Part shown: positions 1-8,953 of the stretch, in pieces
Position numbering within the stretch: position 1 is the first letter of the stretch
How the letters are laid out: every line of letters begins with the position of its first letter
Virus record (IMG/VR): IMGVR_UViG_3300009129_001283
Coordinates: 357 to 64,356 of that record
DNA: 64,000 nt
Source of the DNA: a virus
Taxonomy: Duplodnaviria > Caudoviricetes
Reading direction: 5' to 3' (one strand)
The notes under the pieces: generated by a model
What the model saw: the letters and a program-made list of their open reading frames with translations, nothing else
The model's database searches: none
Told to the model about the DNA's origin: nothing
Translations under genes and position numbers: made by a program

Positions 1-1
1 A

Positions 2-505
2 AAGCAACAAGAAAAGGGTAGAAAAGAAAAACAAGAGGAGATCCCTGAAGAGAAGGTGCAAGAAACCTCTGACGAAACCGGCATGCAAGAATCTGATACG
101 GTGGTGGTGGAGGAAGAGATTGTAGATGAAAGCAAAATAACAAAAAAAGTTGTTAGAAAATTGTTCAAAGCTATTGCTCTCGAAACACATCCGGATAAGT
201 TATATGGAAAAGACCCAAAAGAAATAAGCGATAAAGAAGAACTTTATAAAAAAGCAGCTCGTGCTGTCAGAAGAAATGACGAACACGAGCTGCTTGAAAT
301 TGCCGTAGCGTTAAGCATCACTGATATCTTAGATGATACTGAAATATTTTTACTGCTCGATAAGTCAATGATGAACATAAAAAATAAAGTTTCTCAAATG
401 AAAAACTCTATATTTTGGATATGGTACCACTCTGTTGGAAAGGCGAGAGAAAAACTCGAAAAACAAATAGAGTATCAGTTTGGTTTAAAGAGGAGAGAAG
501 AATAA
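2..505 (+). CDS. J-domain (DnaJ-like) protein, 5' truncated
   Basis: HPD motif in IALETHPDK with flanking helices; frame is open from the window edge; only clear plus-strand gene. Confidence 0.7.
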   Translation, partial: KQQEKGRKEKQEEIPEEKVQETSDETGMQESDTVVVEEEIVDESKITKKVVRKLFKAIALETHPDKLYGKDPKEISDKEELYKKAARAVRRNDEHELLEIAVALSITDILDDTEIFLLLDKSMMNIKNKVSQMKNSIFWIWYHSVGKAREKLEKQIEYQFGLKRREE

Positions 506-685
506 TTATTCTGCTGGTGCTGCGGCAATCGTGATGTTTGTAGGCTCGAAAACATAACTGGTTTGTTTTTCAGTTTTTATTCCCGCATCATCAACACCTG
601 CATCATTCTTGTCAACGACCAATGGGTTGCACGATAGGCAAGTTAAAGTTGTTAAAAAGGTAAGGGTACTTGCTTTTTTCTTCAT
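506..685 (-). CDS. small lipoprotein (59 aa, not in ORF track)
   Basis: Manual translation MKKKASTLTFLTTLTCLSCNPLVVDKNDAGVDDAG...; lipobox-like Cys and DAG repeats. Confidence 0.6.
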   Translation of the reverse strand: MKKKASTLTFLTTLTCLSCNPLVVDKNDAGVDDAGIKTEKQTSYVFEPTNITIAAAPAE

Positions 686-789
686 TTTTATGTCCTTTGT
701 TTTGAAATGTTAATATAAAAAATAGGGTGTATTAGCTGTATAAGTAGTTTTGAGCCTTCTCAAAATCCATTATTGGGTGTTGAAAATGT

Positions 790-818
790 ATTATACTACA
801 CTATTTCTTATTTGTCAA
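790..818 (-). promoter_or_regulatory. sigma70-type promoter
   Basis: TTGACA-N17-TATAAT, perfect consensus. Confidence 0.75.
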
Positions 819-824
819 GTATGT

Positions 825-1580
825 TTATTCTGCGTCGGTGAATGTAACGATTGTTCCGTCATCAAGCTGCAGACTAGCTAACCAGTCTATTTCGCCATTC
901 TGATCTCTCACAATTGGGGAGTTTTTCATGAAAAGATCTTTCATACTTTTTGTACCCTTTTCAATTGTAGCTTTAGCATCAGTGCCATAGGATTTCTCAA
1001 CATAAGATTCTGCAGCCTCTACACTAGGAAATGTGGTTGGTGTATCTGCTTGTGCACCTGTGCCGAATAGGGATGCAGCCATTATACCGCCTATCACCAG
1101 AGGAACTCCAAGCTTTCTCTTTAGAGAGCTAACAAATTGCTTTGCTCCCTCATTTAAATGTAAGCCATATTCTTCAAGGAGAGTGTCTATTTCTTCTTCA
1201 AATAGTTGTTCATCTAAGTTCTTTGAGAAGTGTTCGATAATGTCTTCTTCGTGGTCTTCCTGCAGTTCGCTATTAAAAGTCTCGATGGCTTTTGGTGCCA
1301 GGTCACGGACGAGGTGATTAAACTCATCCGAGTTAAAAATGGCCTGTATGGTGGCTCTCACCAATTTGTCTCCTACTGGGACTGGTACTGCTTGTGTTGT
1401 CGAGGCGGAATCTTTTTGTGTATCTGAAGCGGCGCGGCCTGATGGCACAGTATCCGTTGGTTCTTTATACTTTTTAACCCAGTTTCCTTTTCGATGCTTG
1501 TCTGTGCGGGGGGCAGTGGTATCGGGAAAATCCCATTCTTGTTCTGACACGGCTTTTTTTCTAATGATAACCTTCTTCAT
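825..1580 (-). CDS. hypothetical, probable head-packaged protein with internal signal-peptide-like segment
   Basis: Several L-x-E sites; after HLNE comes GAKQFVSSLKRKLGVPLVIGGIMAASLFGTGAQA. Confidence 0.6.
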   Translation of the reverse strand: MKKVIIRKKAVSEQEWDFPDTTAPRTDKHRKGNWVKKYKEPTDTVPSGRAASDTQKDSASTTQAVPVPVGDKLVRATIQAIFNSDEFNHLVRDLAPKAIETFNSELQEDHEEDIIEHFSKNLDEQLFEEEIDTLLEEYGLHLNEGAKQFVSSLKRKLGVPLVIGGIMAASLFGTGAQADTPTTFPSVEAAESYVEKSYGTDAKATIEKGTKSMKDLFMKNSPIVRDQNGEIDWLASLQLDDGTIVTFTDAE

Positions 1581-1609
1581 ATTTCACCTCGATATTATAT
1601 ATAGAAGCT

Positions 1610-3013
1610 TTATTCTGAAAAATACTTTATCTGCGGCGTGTCCTTGCTCCTACAGGCATCTTCCAGTGCATTTTTCACCATTTGTTCCCTCTTCTTTGGA
1701 TCTTTCCAATCCTCTTGGGCTGCTGGGGGCAATGTTCTTAAGGGATCGACGTACATAAATAGTTTCCCTTTCTTTACGGCAGGTGCCTCGAACACAGAGA
1801 TACCACTTCTGCGGTCATAGTGCTCGTGACTATGAACATCTCTTTTTCCTCCTCCGCCCATTGTGTCAACAATAAACAGAGGGATATTAAAGCCTGCAGT
1901 GGAACCCCTAACTTCTTTTTCCAAATTAATGGCTGTCTGCACTGGGGTTCTGAGATCTTCTGTTCCTCTAACCAAGTCGTGTACATAAACATAATAAGGG
2001 TGAACATTGATATAACTTAATTTTTTAATTAAGTCTCCCATAAGTTCTGGTGTATCGTTTACTCCTGCTTGCAAGACCGTTTGGTTGCGAACAGTTATTC
2101 CTCTCTCAAAAAGTAGATTCATAGCATCTTGGGAAATGCCCGTTACTTCGTTTGGAGTATTGAAGTGCGTATGTATAACAACTTCCTTATGAAGCTTCCT
2201 ACCTCGTTCCACGATCTCTGTTACTGCGTCCGTCCATTTTGTGTCTGTCAGGATCTTCATGGGCTGAATGGCCAAGCCTTTGGTGGCAAAACGAAAGCGG
2301 CGAATATGGGGGATATCTAAAAGGGCATGACCAAGCTCAAGAACCTGATTTGGCTTTAGGCGATACATATCTCCGCCACTAATAACAATGTCCTCCAACT
2401 CCTTGCGCTCTTTAATATACTGAAATGCTTTGCCCCACCTTTCTTGGCTTGCTTTGAGTTGTACTTTTTCAACTGTGTCCGTATCTAAGCCAACAGCATA
2501 TGAGCGAGTACAGAAGCGACAATATACTGGGCATGTGTCTAGTGCCAGAAATAAAGCTTTGTCTGGGTATCTGTGGGTAAGTCCCTCGACAGGAGCATCG
2601 GCTTGTTCGTGCAGCGAGTCGAGAGTAAGAAGCGGGTGGTCTTCTTCCAATTGGGAACCTACTGGAAGGAATTGTCTTCTTATGGGATCTGTATATGGGT
2701 TTTCCCAATCAATGAGAGATAACAAATAGGGCGATATTCTAACTGCCATAGGTGCTGCAGCAAAGCCACTCTTGACATCCTCAAGAAATTCCCCTGATAC
2801 GATGTCTTGAACTGCTGCAACGAGCTTCTCTGGTTTTGTGATCGCATTCTTCTCTTGCCACTTATGACTCAAGAAGGTTTTTTCATCAACTTCTCTCCAG
2901 GCTGGTATCTTTTGCCAAAAAGCATCTCTCCTCAAGTTTCTCCACGAAAGACTCTCTTCCGTAACCTTTGGCTTTAGGTGTTCTATCTTGTTGTCTATTA
3001 CTTTTAAACTCAT
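1610..3013 (-). CDS. kamA: lysine 2,3-aminomutase family radical SAM enzyme (KamA)
   Basis: CPVYCRFC, GLTHRYPDK, ISGGD, NQTVLQAGVND, PYY and GGGGK motifs; GGAGG SD before ATG at 3013. Confidence 0.9.
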   Translation of the reverse strand: MSLKVIDNKIEHLKPKVTEESLSWRNLRRDAFWQKIPAWREVDEKTFLSHKWQEKNAITKPEKLVAAVQDIVSGEFLEDVKSGFAAAPMAVRISPYLLSLIDWENPYTDPIRRQFLPVGSQLEEDHPLLTLDSLHEQADAPVEGLTHRYPDKALFLALDTCPVYCRFCTRSYAVGLDTDTVEKVQLKASQERWGKAFQYIKERKELEDIVISGGDMYRLKPNQVLELGHALLDIPHIRRFRFATKGLAIQPMKILTDTKWTDAVTEIVERGRKLHKEVVIHTHFNTPNEVTGISQDAMNLLFERGITVRNQTVLQAGVNDTPELMGDLIKKLSYINVHPYYVYVHDLVRGTEDLRTPVQTAINLEKEVRGSTAGFNIPLFIVDTMGGGGKRDVHSHEHYDRRSGISVFEAPAVKKGKLFMYVDPLRTLPPAAQEDWKDPKKREQMVKNALEDACRSKDTPQIKYFSE

Positions 3014-3060
3014 AAATACCTCCAGCAATGCATATCATATCATATATGTGTTTTTTTGTA

Positions 3061-3088
3061 AAAAAAAGAGCCCCGAATTGGGGCTCTT
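3061..3088 (-). terminator. rho-independent terminator
   Basis: Minus strand: AAGAGCCCC-aattc-GGGGCTCTT followed by a T run. Confidence 0.8.
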
Positions 3089-3115
3089 GGTACCTCTAAA
3101 TAAGTATTGTGTTAT

Positions 3116-3754
3116 TTAGAAGTTAATTGCTGCTGACAGCGTAACAACATTTGCGTCGTCACCATCAGTGTTTTGTTGGCGAAAGTAATCTGCTCTAGCA
3201 GTAATACCAGCACAAACTTCAGTCGATAGGCCAGCGGCAATACGGTTTTCCGATACGCCGTCCTGTGTGACATGAATTTCGTCGCCCACAGAAACATCGA
3301 CAGTGGCAACTTTTAAGTCCAAAGACTTGGTGAGCGTAATTTGTTCACGCACACGAAGCTGCTCTGCGCCTACCTGAGTGACATCTGCATGTTCATCTAA
3401 TTGTAAGCGAACGCGATTGTCTAGCTTGATGCCAAACGGCAACGCTATACCATTGTTTACATCTAAAGAAACTCGGTTCTCCGATGTTCCGCCAGTGTTA
3501 GTGTTTCGGATACGCAACTGTAAATCCATATTTTCAGTTAAGTCACGAGACACTGCGAACACGGTATGTTCATAACCAGCGGCTTTCGTAACCATGTCCT
3601 CACTAATGCTTAAATCATGACGAGTTTGTTCCTCTGCGGAGAGGGTAAAGTCGCCAAGCTGTGCTGTTGCGCTTGCTTCCAGACGAAGTTCGTCTGCATA
3701 ACCAACGCTACTTACCAAAAACGCCATAACGGTCGCTAATAGTGCTTTTTTCAT
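3116..3754 (-). CDS. outer-membrane beta-barrel protein (DUF2490-like)
   Basis: Sec signal MKKALLA...VGYA; amphipathic strands; C-terminal Phe (LSAAINF). Confidence 0.7.
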   Translation of the reverse strand: MKKALLATVMAFLVSSVGYADELRLEASATAQLGDFTLSAEEQTRHDLSISEDMVTKAAGYEHTVFAVSRDLTENMDLQLRIRNTNTGGTSENRVSLDVNNGIALPFGIKLDNRVRLQLDEHADVTQVGAEQLRVREQITLTKSLDLKVATVDVSVGDEIHVTQDGVSENRIAAGLSTEVCAGITARADYFRQQNTDGDDANVVTLSAAINF

Positions 3755-3809
3755 AGTTTTCTCCTTTTCATTCACCCGCTTAATTGCGGAGTGATGTTAA
3801 GTTATTATA

Positions 3810-3838
3810 ATTCTATCACAGGATTGATATTATGTCAA
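3810..3838 (-). promoter_or_regulatory. sigma70-type promoter
   Basis: TTGACA-N17-TAGAAT upstream of the beta-barrel gene. Confidence 0.7.
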
Positions 3839-3879
3839 GGTTTGTATTTAAAGTAAAACTTTAAGTTTGACACGGTGCG

Positions 3880-4245
3880 TTAATGCTCATGATCGCATGC
3901 ATGCCATAAGTGCTTGTTTTTGTTCACTTTTTCTAAGTCCTTGTTTTTATTAGGTTTTTCTAAGTCCTTGTTTTTATTGGATATTTTAACATATGCCCAC
4001 AATAGCACTGGTACAGCAACGGGATGTAAGCACAAAAGCCAACTAACAGGGATGAGAGCATAAAAGGCTGGTATATGTTCTCCTAAGTAATAAAACAATA
4101 CTGGAAATAAAATGTCTTCTATTATTTCCCAACCAATAAAAATAACCAGAAATGCTGGGCCGAATTCTCTTATAACTTTTTTGAGGTTCTCTATATTCCA
4201 AAAAGATATTTTATTCTTTATCTTCTCTTTTAGTCTTTTAAACAT
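3880..4245 (-). CDS. membrane protein with C-terminal 9-aa repeat and His-rich tail
   Basis: Hydrophobic helices; NKNKDLEK repeat. Confidence 0.6.
   Translation of the reverse strand: MFKRLKEKIKNKISFWNIENLKKVIREFGPAFLVIFIGWEIIEDILFPVLFYYLGEHIPAFYALIPVSWLLCLHPVAVPVLLWAYVKISNKNKDLEKPNKNKDLEKVNKNKHLWHACDHEH
3928..3978. repeat. 27-bp-period tandem duplication
   Basis: TTTTTCTAAGTCCTTGTTTTTATT at 3928 and 3955. Confidence 0.8.
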
Positions 4246-4690
4246 TCTTGAACTCATTGAGGGAGGGGCTGTCTAGATCTATCAACCACACGACTGGCAG
4301 AATTCCCTGTGCCATCAAGCCAGTATACCGAGTATTGCCTCCCAACAAATCATATTTGCCATCCATTTTAATAACAATGGGCATTTCTATTTTTCTATCT
4401 TTGAAAGCAGCAACAAAGCGGGCCCGTTTTGACTTCTCCAGATTAGAAAAATTATCTTTTGCGTCTTCGAAGCTGCTAGCTGTTGTGTTCCCAATTTTTG
4501 GAAGCATCTTTTGGGTTATCTTCCGTTTTTCGCCTGTCATTGCTTTTTTTAGCCAATTTTCTTTTCCGGCAGTAGCTAAGGCAGGATATCGCTTTGCTTC
4601 GCTCCACTCAGCTTCAAAGTCAGGCAAACGATATGCAATCGAAGAGTTCTCTTTTAAGTAGTGTTGCCAGCTTTCCATTAGGGACTTCAT
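4238..4690 (-). CDS. ParB/Srx-like domain protein with MKSLMESWQHYLKE leader
   Basis: MPIVI...YDLLGGNTR resembles the ParB-N GxxR motif. Confidence 0.55.
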   Translation of the reverse strand: MKSLMESWQHYLKENSSIAYRLPDFEAEWSEAKRYPALATAGKENWLKKAMTGEKRKITQKMLPKIGNTTASSFEDAKDNFSNLEKSKRARFVAAFKDRKIEMPIVIKMDGKYDLLGGNTRYTGLMAQGILPVVWLIDLDSPSLNEFKNV

Positions 4691-4857
4691 TTTTTCTTTC
4701 CTTGTTTCTTCAACTTCTTCTCGACCTGCTCTAAGCGAACCTTAATAAGCTCGTTGTCGATCTCAAGTTGATGAATCGTTGTCAGTTGATAAGTCACTAG
4801 CCCAATAACTAGCGATGTAATGAGCGCAGTAGCTATTTTTGTTAAATCAATTTTCAT
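4687..4857 (-). CDS. small membrane-anchored coiled-coil protein (not in ORF track)
   Basis: MKIDLTKIATALITSLVIGLVTYQL...; stop/start overlap with both neighbours. Confidence 0.6.
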   Translation of the reverse strand: MKIDLTKIATALITSLVIGLVTYQLTTIHQLEIDNELIKVRLEQVEKKLKKQGKKK

Positions 4858-5225
4858 TTATCTTTACCATCAACAATACATGGAACTTTATTTAAACCAA
4901 GTCTTTGTGCGGCAAGTAAACGGTGGTGGCCATTTAAAATATAATAAAAAGGTTCGGGTGATGGACTCTTCTCTACAGGAGTGTGTTTCTCGTCTCCTTG
5001 CAACTTTGCAGTTACAACAGGTTTGTGCCGTGTCACAAGTATAGGTTCAAAAATTCCGTTTTTAATTTGAGTTATTTTTTGTTCTACTGCCTTATAGCAT
5101 TCTTCGCTTGGACACTCATGAGACTTTCCTCGACCAAGCTCTTCTGTTGGCAATATTTTGCTTATGGAAATATATTCAACATTTTCATGTAAGTGCCTTT
5201 TCCATCTCTCTAATAAAATTCTCAT
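4854..5225 (-). CDS. ParB/Srx-like domain protein with MRILLERWKRHLHE leader
   Basis: EPILV...YILNGHHRLLAAQRLGLNKVPC is a typical ParB-N motif. Confidence 0.7.
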   Translation of the reverse strand: MRILLERWKRHLHENVEYISISKILPTEELGRGKSHECPSEECYKAVEQKITQIKNGIFEPILVTRHKPVVTAKLQGDEKHTPVEKSPSPEPFYYILNGHHRLLAAQRLGLNKVPCIVDGKDK

Positions 5226-5229
5226 AAAA

Positions 5230-5236
5230 TAAATAG
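5230..5236 (-). promoter_or_regulatory. putative late-promoter motif CTATTTA
   Basis: Recurs 3-6 nt upstream of start codons at several loci. Confidence 0.55.
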
Positions 5237-5240
5237 AAAC

Positions 5241-5585
5241 TTATTCAAAGTATTTACCTGGGCTATATTTTTTTAATAGCCTAGACCATGCTTCTTCTTT
5301 AAGACCGAGAAAGTCTCTGGCATCATTAAGGGAATTACATTTGCTGAGGGCATATAAAATAATTGACTCATTAACAATATCTCTGAGTGCATTCCAAATG
5401 TTAAAACCGAAGTATTTACCATGACACTTCTTAGTAGTCAATTCTAATTTGAGGGAGATCAGTTCTTCTAAACTTAATGAGTTGATTGCAATTTCTACTT
5501 TTTCATCAATTGCATTTTCAGCATAGAGTTTATTTCTAACTGAATAACTTTTATTTAATCCTTGTGTATGTTTAGATCTAATCAT
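5241..5585 (-). CDS. hypothetical with C-terminal Fis-like HTH
   Basis: IILYALSKCNSLNDARDFLGL pattern. Confidence 0.5.
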   Translation of the reverse strand: MIRSKHTQGLNKSYSVRNKLYAENAIDEKVEIAINSLSLEELISLKLELTTKKCHGKYFGFNIWNALRDIVNESIILYALSKCNSLNDARDFLGLKEEAWSRLLKKYSPGKYFE

Positions 5586-5652
5586 AACTGCTTAATGCAT
5601 TGCCTTGCCCACCCACACCCTAAGCTTAATATAGAATTAAAAATTAGTTAAA

Positions 5653-6507
5653 TTATAAATTATCTATGTCTAGTTCTGGTTCTTCTTCTGCTGCTGGCTC
5701 TGCAGAGAGATCATCTAAGTCTAGATCCCCAAGTTCAGCATCTTCTTCGCCAGCAGATCCTAAGCCGATGTCACTACTAGAAACTTCTTTTTCTGCTTCG
5801 TCGTATTCCGGATTTGTTGGTTCTTCTACAGTAGTTGAGAGCTCGTCTTCAAATCTATTAAAATATAATTTTAAGTTTGCGGTCAAATAGTCGTAAAATA
5901 GATTACTATCAGAGGGATCAGCTAAGAGCTTGTAGGAGTCTAAGATGTTTTTTTCAATTTTTTGGAATGTAACCATTGCAAAGTTACGTCCAGTTTCATC
6001 TTCACCAGAAATACCAAAGCTATCAGCGTCTTGTTTTTTGCCGCCGCTGGTTGTAATGTCTGGCTTGGTTTTTCCGTATATGTCAATAAACTTATTTAAG
6101 ATCTCTTCATCTTCAGTATCGTCATCGCCAACAACAACTTCTGTCTCTTCACGAAGTTCTCCCTTTTCCATGCCTATTTCTGGCAGCAATAAGTTTTGCA
6201 CCGCTTTCACGATATGCGCCCTAAAGGAACTTCTCTGCTCTTGGCTCGAAGTCAGTGTCTTGAAGTCCTGCTCAAGAACAGGAATAATCTTCTTTAACAA
6301 TTTTTCTAACTCATTAATACCAGTGTTTTTGTGTGGAGAGTTTTCTACATCTTCAGCAACCATCTTCTTGACTGCTTTTCTAATTTCCATTTCATTAATA
6401 AGTTTCTGCAAAACCTCTTTATCTTTTCTAGCAAACTTCTTTGCCACAGATTCTCTAATAGCTTTGCGAAGATATATCTCTTCTTGCATGTCTTTTCTAC
6501 TAAGCAT
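5653..6507 (-). CDS. acidic hypothetical, probable virion/head protein
   Basis: LRKAIRE/LINE/LREE sites and acidic C-terminus; start moved to MLSRKD. Confidence 0.6.
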   Translation of the reverse strand: MLSRKDMQEEIYLRKAIRESVAKKFARKDKEVLQKLINEMEIRKAVKKMVAEDVENSPHKNTGINELEKLLKKIIPVLEQDFKTLTSSQEQRSSFRAHIVKAVQNLLLPEIGMEKGELREETEVVVGDDDTEDEEILNKFIDIYGKTKPDITTSGGKKQDADSFGISGEDETGRNFAMVTFQKIEKNILDSYKLLADPSDSNLFYDYLTANLKLYFNRFEDELSTTVEEPTNPEYDEAEKEVSSSDIGLGSAGEEDAELGDLDLDDLSAEPAAEEEPELDIDNL

Positions 6508-6508
6508 T

Positions 6509-8953
6509 TTATCGTCTCCTTCGAACCTTTTTGGGAGCTTTCCCGCTGTGCCCTTCAGCACCGCCAATACTCATCCCAGAAATTTCTTTAATTTTTCTTT
6601 TTGGAATTCTGACTTTTATCTTCGCAGGTTCCTTTTGCCTTTCCAATGAGGAACAACCCTCTAATTCTACATCAGGGAAGGCTTCATCTTCATCGTGCCC
6701 AGAAGCACTCATATCGAGGCCCATTTCCAATGCTCTTTTGTGAGCATATGTTTCCACCTCTTTGTTCCCAAATTTGTCTGACAGGGTATTCCTTGCGGCC
6801 AGTGCTTTGCGAATATCTGGTAAGATCTGTAGTTTGTCCCACTCATAACCATCCACCGTACCGTCGAATTCAACATTGCCAGCATCAACGAGCTCCGTGG
6901 CATATGCAATTCCAGCCATTATCTTCGCATAGGAACGAATAAGCCTGTCGAGCTCCTGCAATTCGGGATCATCGGCCCCATCGCCATGCTCGGTTTTTAG
7001 GTGCTTATTCCAGTTTTCATATAGTTTGTGATATTTCACTTTATTATCTCCTTCAAAGATATTCCACTTCCTTTGCGCGGAGGAATAACCTTCATTGACA
7101 CATTGTAATATAAGTTCTTGTATTTCTTTACCTTCAATAGTCAGAGCTTCGTTTAGACCAATGTTAGATCTAAGCAAGGAGAATATCTCCATTGCGTCGT
7201 CTTGCTTATTTTTCTTTTGATATAAGTTGGGCATCATTTCTAAAAATGTTTCAAAGTCATTCTCCCTAACAGAGTTGCGAACATCAGTGGCTCGTGCAAA
7301 ACGGGGCGCTACAACTTGGTCGATAACAATATCGTCTCTCTCTTTCCCTGCATTATTATATCTTCCGTCCTTAACGTCATCTTCACCGATAACAAGAACA
7401 ATACGCGAGTTAGCAGGTGCATTATTAATATATTCGTAAACTGCTTGTATTGGAGATGGAACATCTGTCGTCAACAACTCATTGTGAAAAAGAGGGATAA
7501 TATCGCCCTGCAAGTCATGGTGCTCAACAAACAGTTCCCAAACCTGCCTTGAGAGCTCTGGAGTGAAGTTCTCATGCGTTTTCTCGGATATCACCACTGA
7601 TACCTCGTCTGCACTTTCCAAAGCCTTTAGAGCGGCGTCAAAGTGGCCCTTGTGAGGTGGCTTAAACTTACCTGGGAAAAGAGCGACGTTCAATGGTCGT
7701 TCTGAGCCGTCTTCCTCAATACTTTTCGGATCTACTTTCTTAGTTCGGCCAAATTTTAGAATACCAAGTATTTGGTTTACGGGAGCAAAGTTGCCGGTAA
7801 ACTTATAAACATTGCCCTCATAATTAAAAACAAAACCTTCCGACGCGGTGGTGATGTTATCAAAGTCTTTTATTTTTGAAAGTTGTTTTCTTAATATGTC
7901 AAGCTCTGCTTCATCATTAGCGGAGGTAATCGCCTTTATCGCCTGTCTTAATTTCTTCTTTAGCCTTTTTACTTCGGCCCGATTATCAAGGACGTATATG
8001 CTGTCGAGGTTCTTTAGCATCTCTACAGCAAAGTCGTGAACGGCATCTTCTAATGGATAAACAATATTCCCCAACATTGCTGGAGAATTCTTTATAAAAG
8101 TTTTTACAGCCTCTCTAGTGCTGGCATTTTCTTTTGGGATCATTTTCATTATCTGCGGGATGCCTGCTCCTTTGACTTTAAAGACTCTCTTTATAACTTC
8201 CACCCGAACATTCTCTTCTATATCGGGAATGGCATCCTTGAGTTTCTCGTCCACGTTTTTCACCATAAAGTCGCCAACAGTATCTTGGTCGCTAAGTCCG
8301 TTTCTATCTAAAAGGCTATCTACCCTACCAATAGCTCTCTCCAAATGAGTGCCGTCGGTCAAAGCTTTTAATCGCATAAGCGCACTTACATGTACTGTGT
8401 GCTCGCCTTGTTGTCCAAGTTCCTCTACCTTATAAAGAATCTTCTCTATTGTCCTTATGTTTTCTTCGCTATCGAGCGGAGACATTTCTTTTGTCTTTGG
8501 GTCCACACTAACATGGCCGCTTCTATGAAGAGTAATATACTTGCCACCCAAGTTTACAACATTTGCTGCTCTTGGGTCCATTATCTCCACGCTGTAGAAA
8601 TTGTCTGCATCTTTACCAAAAACCTTTTTCTGTATAGTCAAGGGTAAGCTTCTGCAGAAGTTTTCAAAAGCAGCTAGAGCTTCCGAAAAGGTAAACTCTA
8701 AATCTCCTCTTCCCTTAAACTTATCCACCAGTTCATCCACATCAAGACCGCCGGTTTTAATATTTGTTTTATTTCTGGCAGATACAGCCTTCTCTCTTAC
8801 AGTTGAGTAAGATACAAAAAGGTTTTGTCCGTCTGTTTTCTCTGTGCCAACAAGTTCACCCTGACTTGCTTTGTCGAAGATCTTTTTAATCTCAGCAAAT
8901 GTCAAATCAGGGTTATCATGCATATGCATCAAGTGACCGTAAAGTCCACCCAT
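6509..8953 (-). CDS. fusion of a ligase-like nucleotidyltransferase domain (DUF6267-like) and a HIGH-family cytidyltransferase-like domain
   Basis: EKTDGQN, EGFVF and YKFTGNFAPVNQ motifs; FPGKFKPPHKGH (HxGH) and ATDVR. Confidence 0.7.
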   Translation of the reverse strand: MGGLYGHLMHMHDNPDLTFAEIKKIFDKASQGELVGTEKTDGQNLFVSYSTVREKAVSARNKTNIKTGGLDVDELVDKFKGRGDLEFTFSEALAAFENFCRSLPLTIQKKVFGKDADNFYSVEIMDPRAANVVNLGGKYITLHRSGHVSVDPKTKEMSPLDSEENIRTIEKILYKVEELGQQGEHTVHVSALMRLKALTDGTHLERAIGRVDSLLDRNGLSDQDTVGDFMVKNVDEKLKDAIPDIEENVRVEVIKRVFKVKGAGIPQIMKMIPKENASTREAVKTFIKNSPAMLGNIVYPLEDAVHDFAVEMLKNLDSIYVLDNRAEVKRLKKKLRQAIKAITSANDEAELDILRKQLSKIKDFDNITTASEGFVFNYEGNVYKFTGNFAPVNQILGILKFGRTKKVDPKSIEEDGSERPLNVALFPGKFKPPHKGHFDAALKALESADEVSVVISEKTHENFTPELSRQVWELFVEHHDLQGDIIPLFHNELLTTDVPSPIQAVYEYINNAPANSRIVLVIGEDDVKDGRYNNAGKERDDIVIDQVVAPRFARATDVRNSVRENDFETFLEMMPNLYQKKNKQDDAMEIFSLLRSNIGLNEALTIEGKEIQELILQCVNEGYSSAQRKWNIFEGDNKVKYHKLYENWNKHLKTEHGDGADDPELQELDRLIRSYAKIMAGIAYATELVDAGNVEFDGTVDGYEWDKLQILPDIRKALAARNTLSDKFGNKEVETYAHKRALEMGLDMSASGHDEDEAFPDVELEGCSSLERQKEPAKIKVRIPKRKIKEISGMSIGGAEGHSGKAPKKVRRRR

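Noticed and set aside
6509-6567. Programmed frameshift joining the 814-aa and 304-aa ORFs
   Set aside because: The overlap disappears when the downstream start is placed at ATG 6507, which has a GGAG SD.
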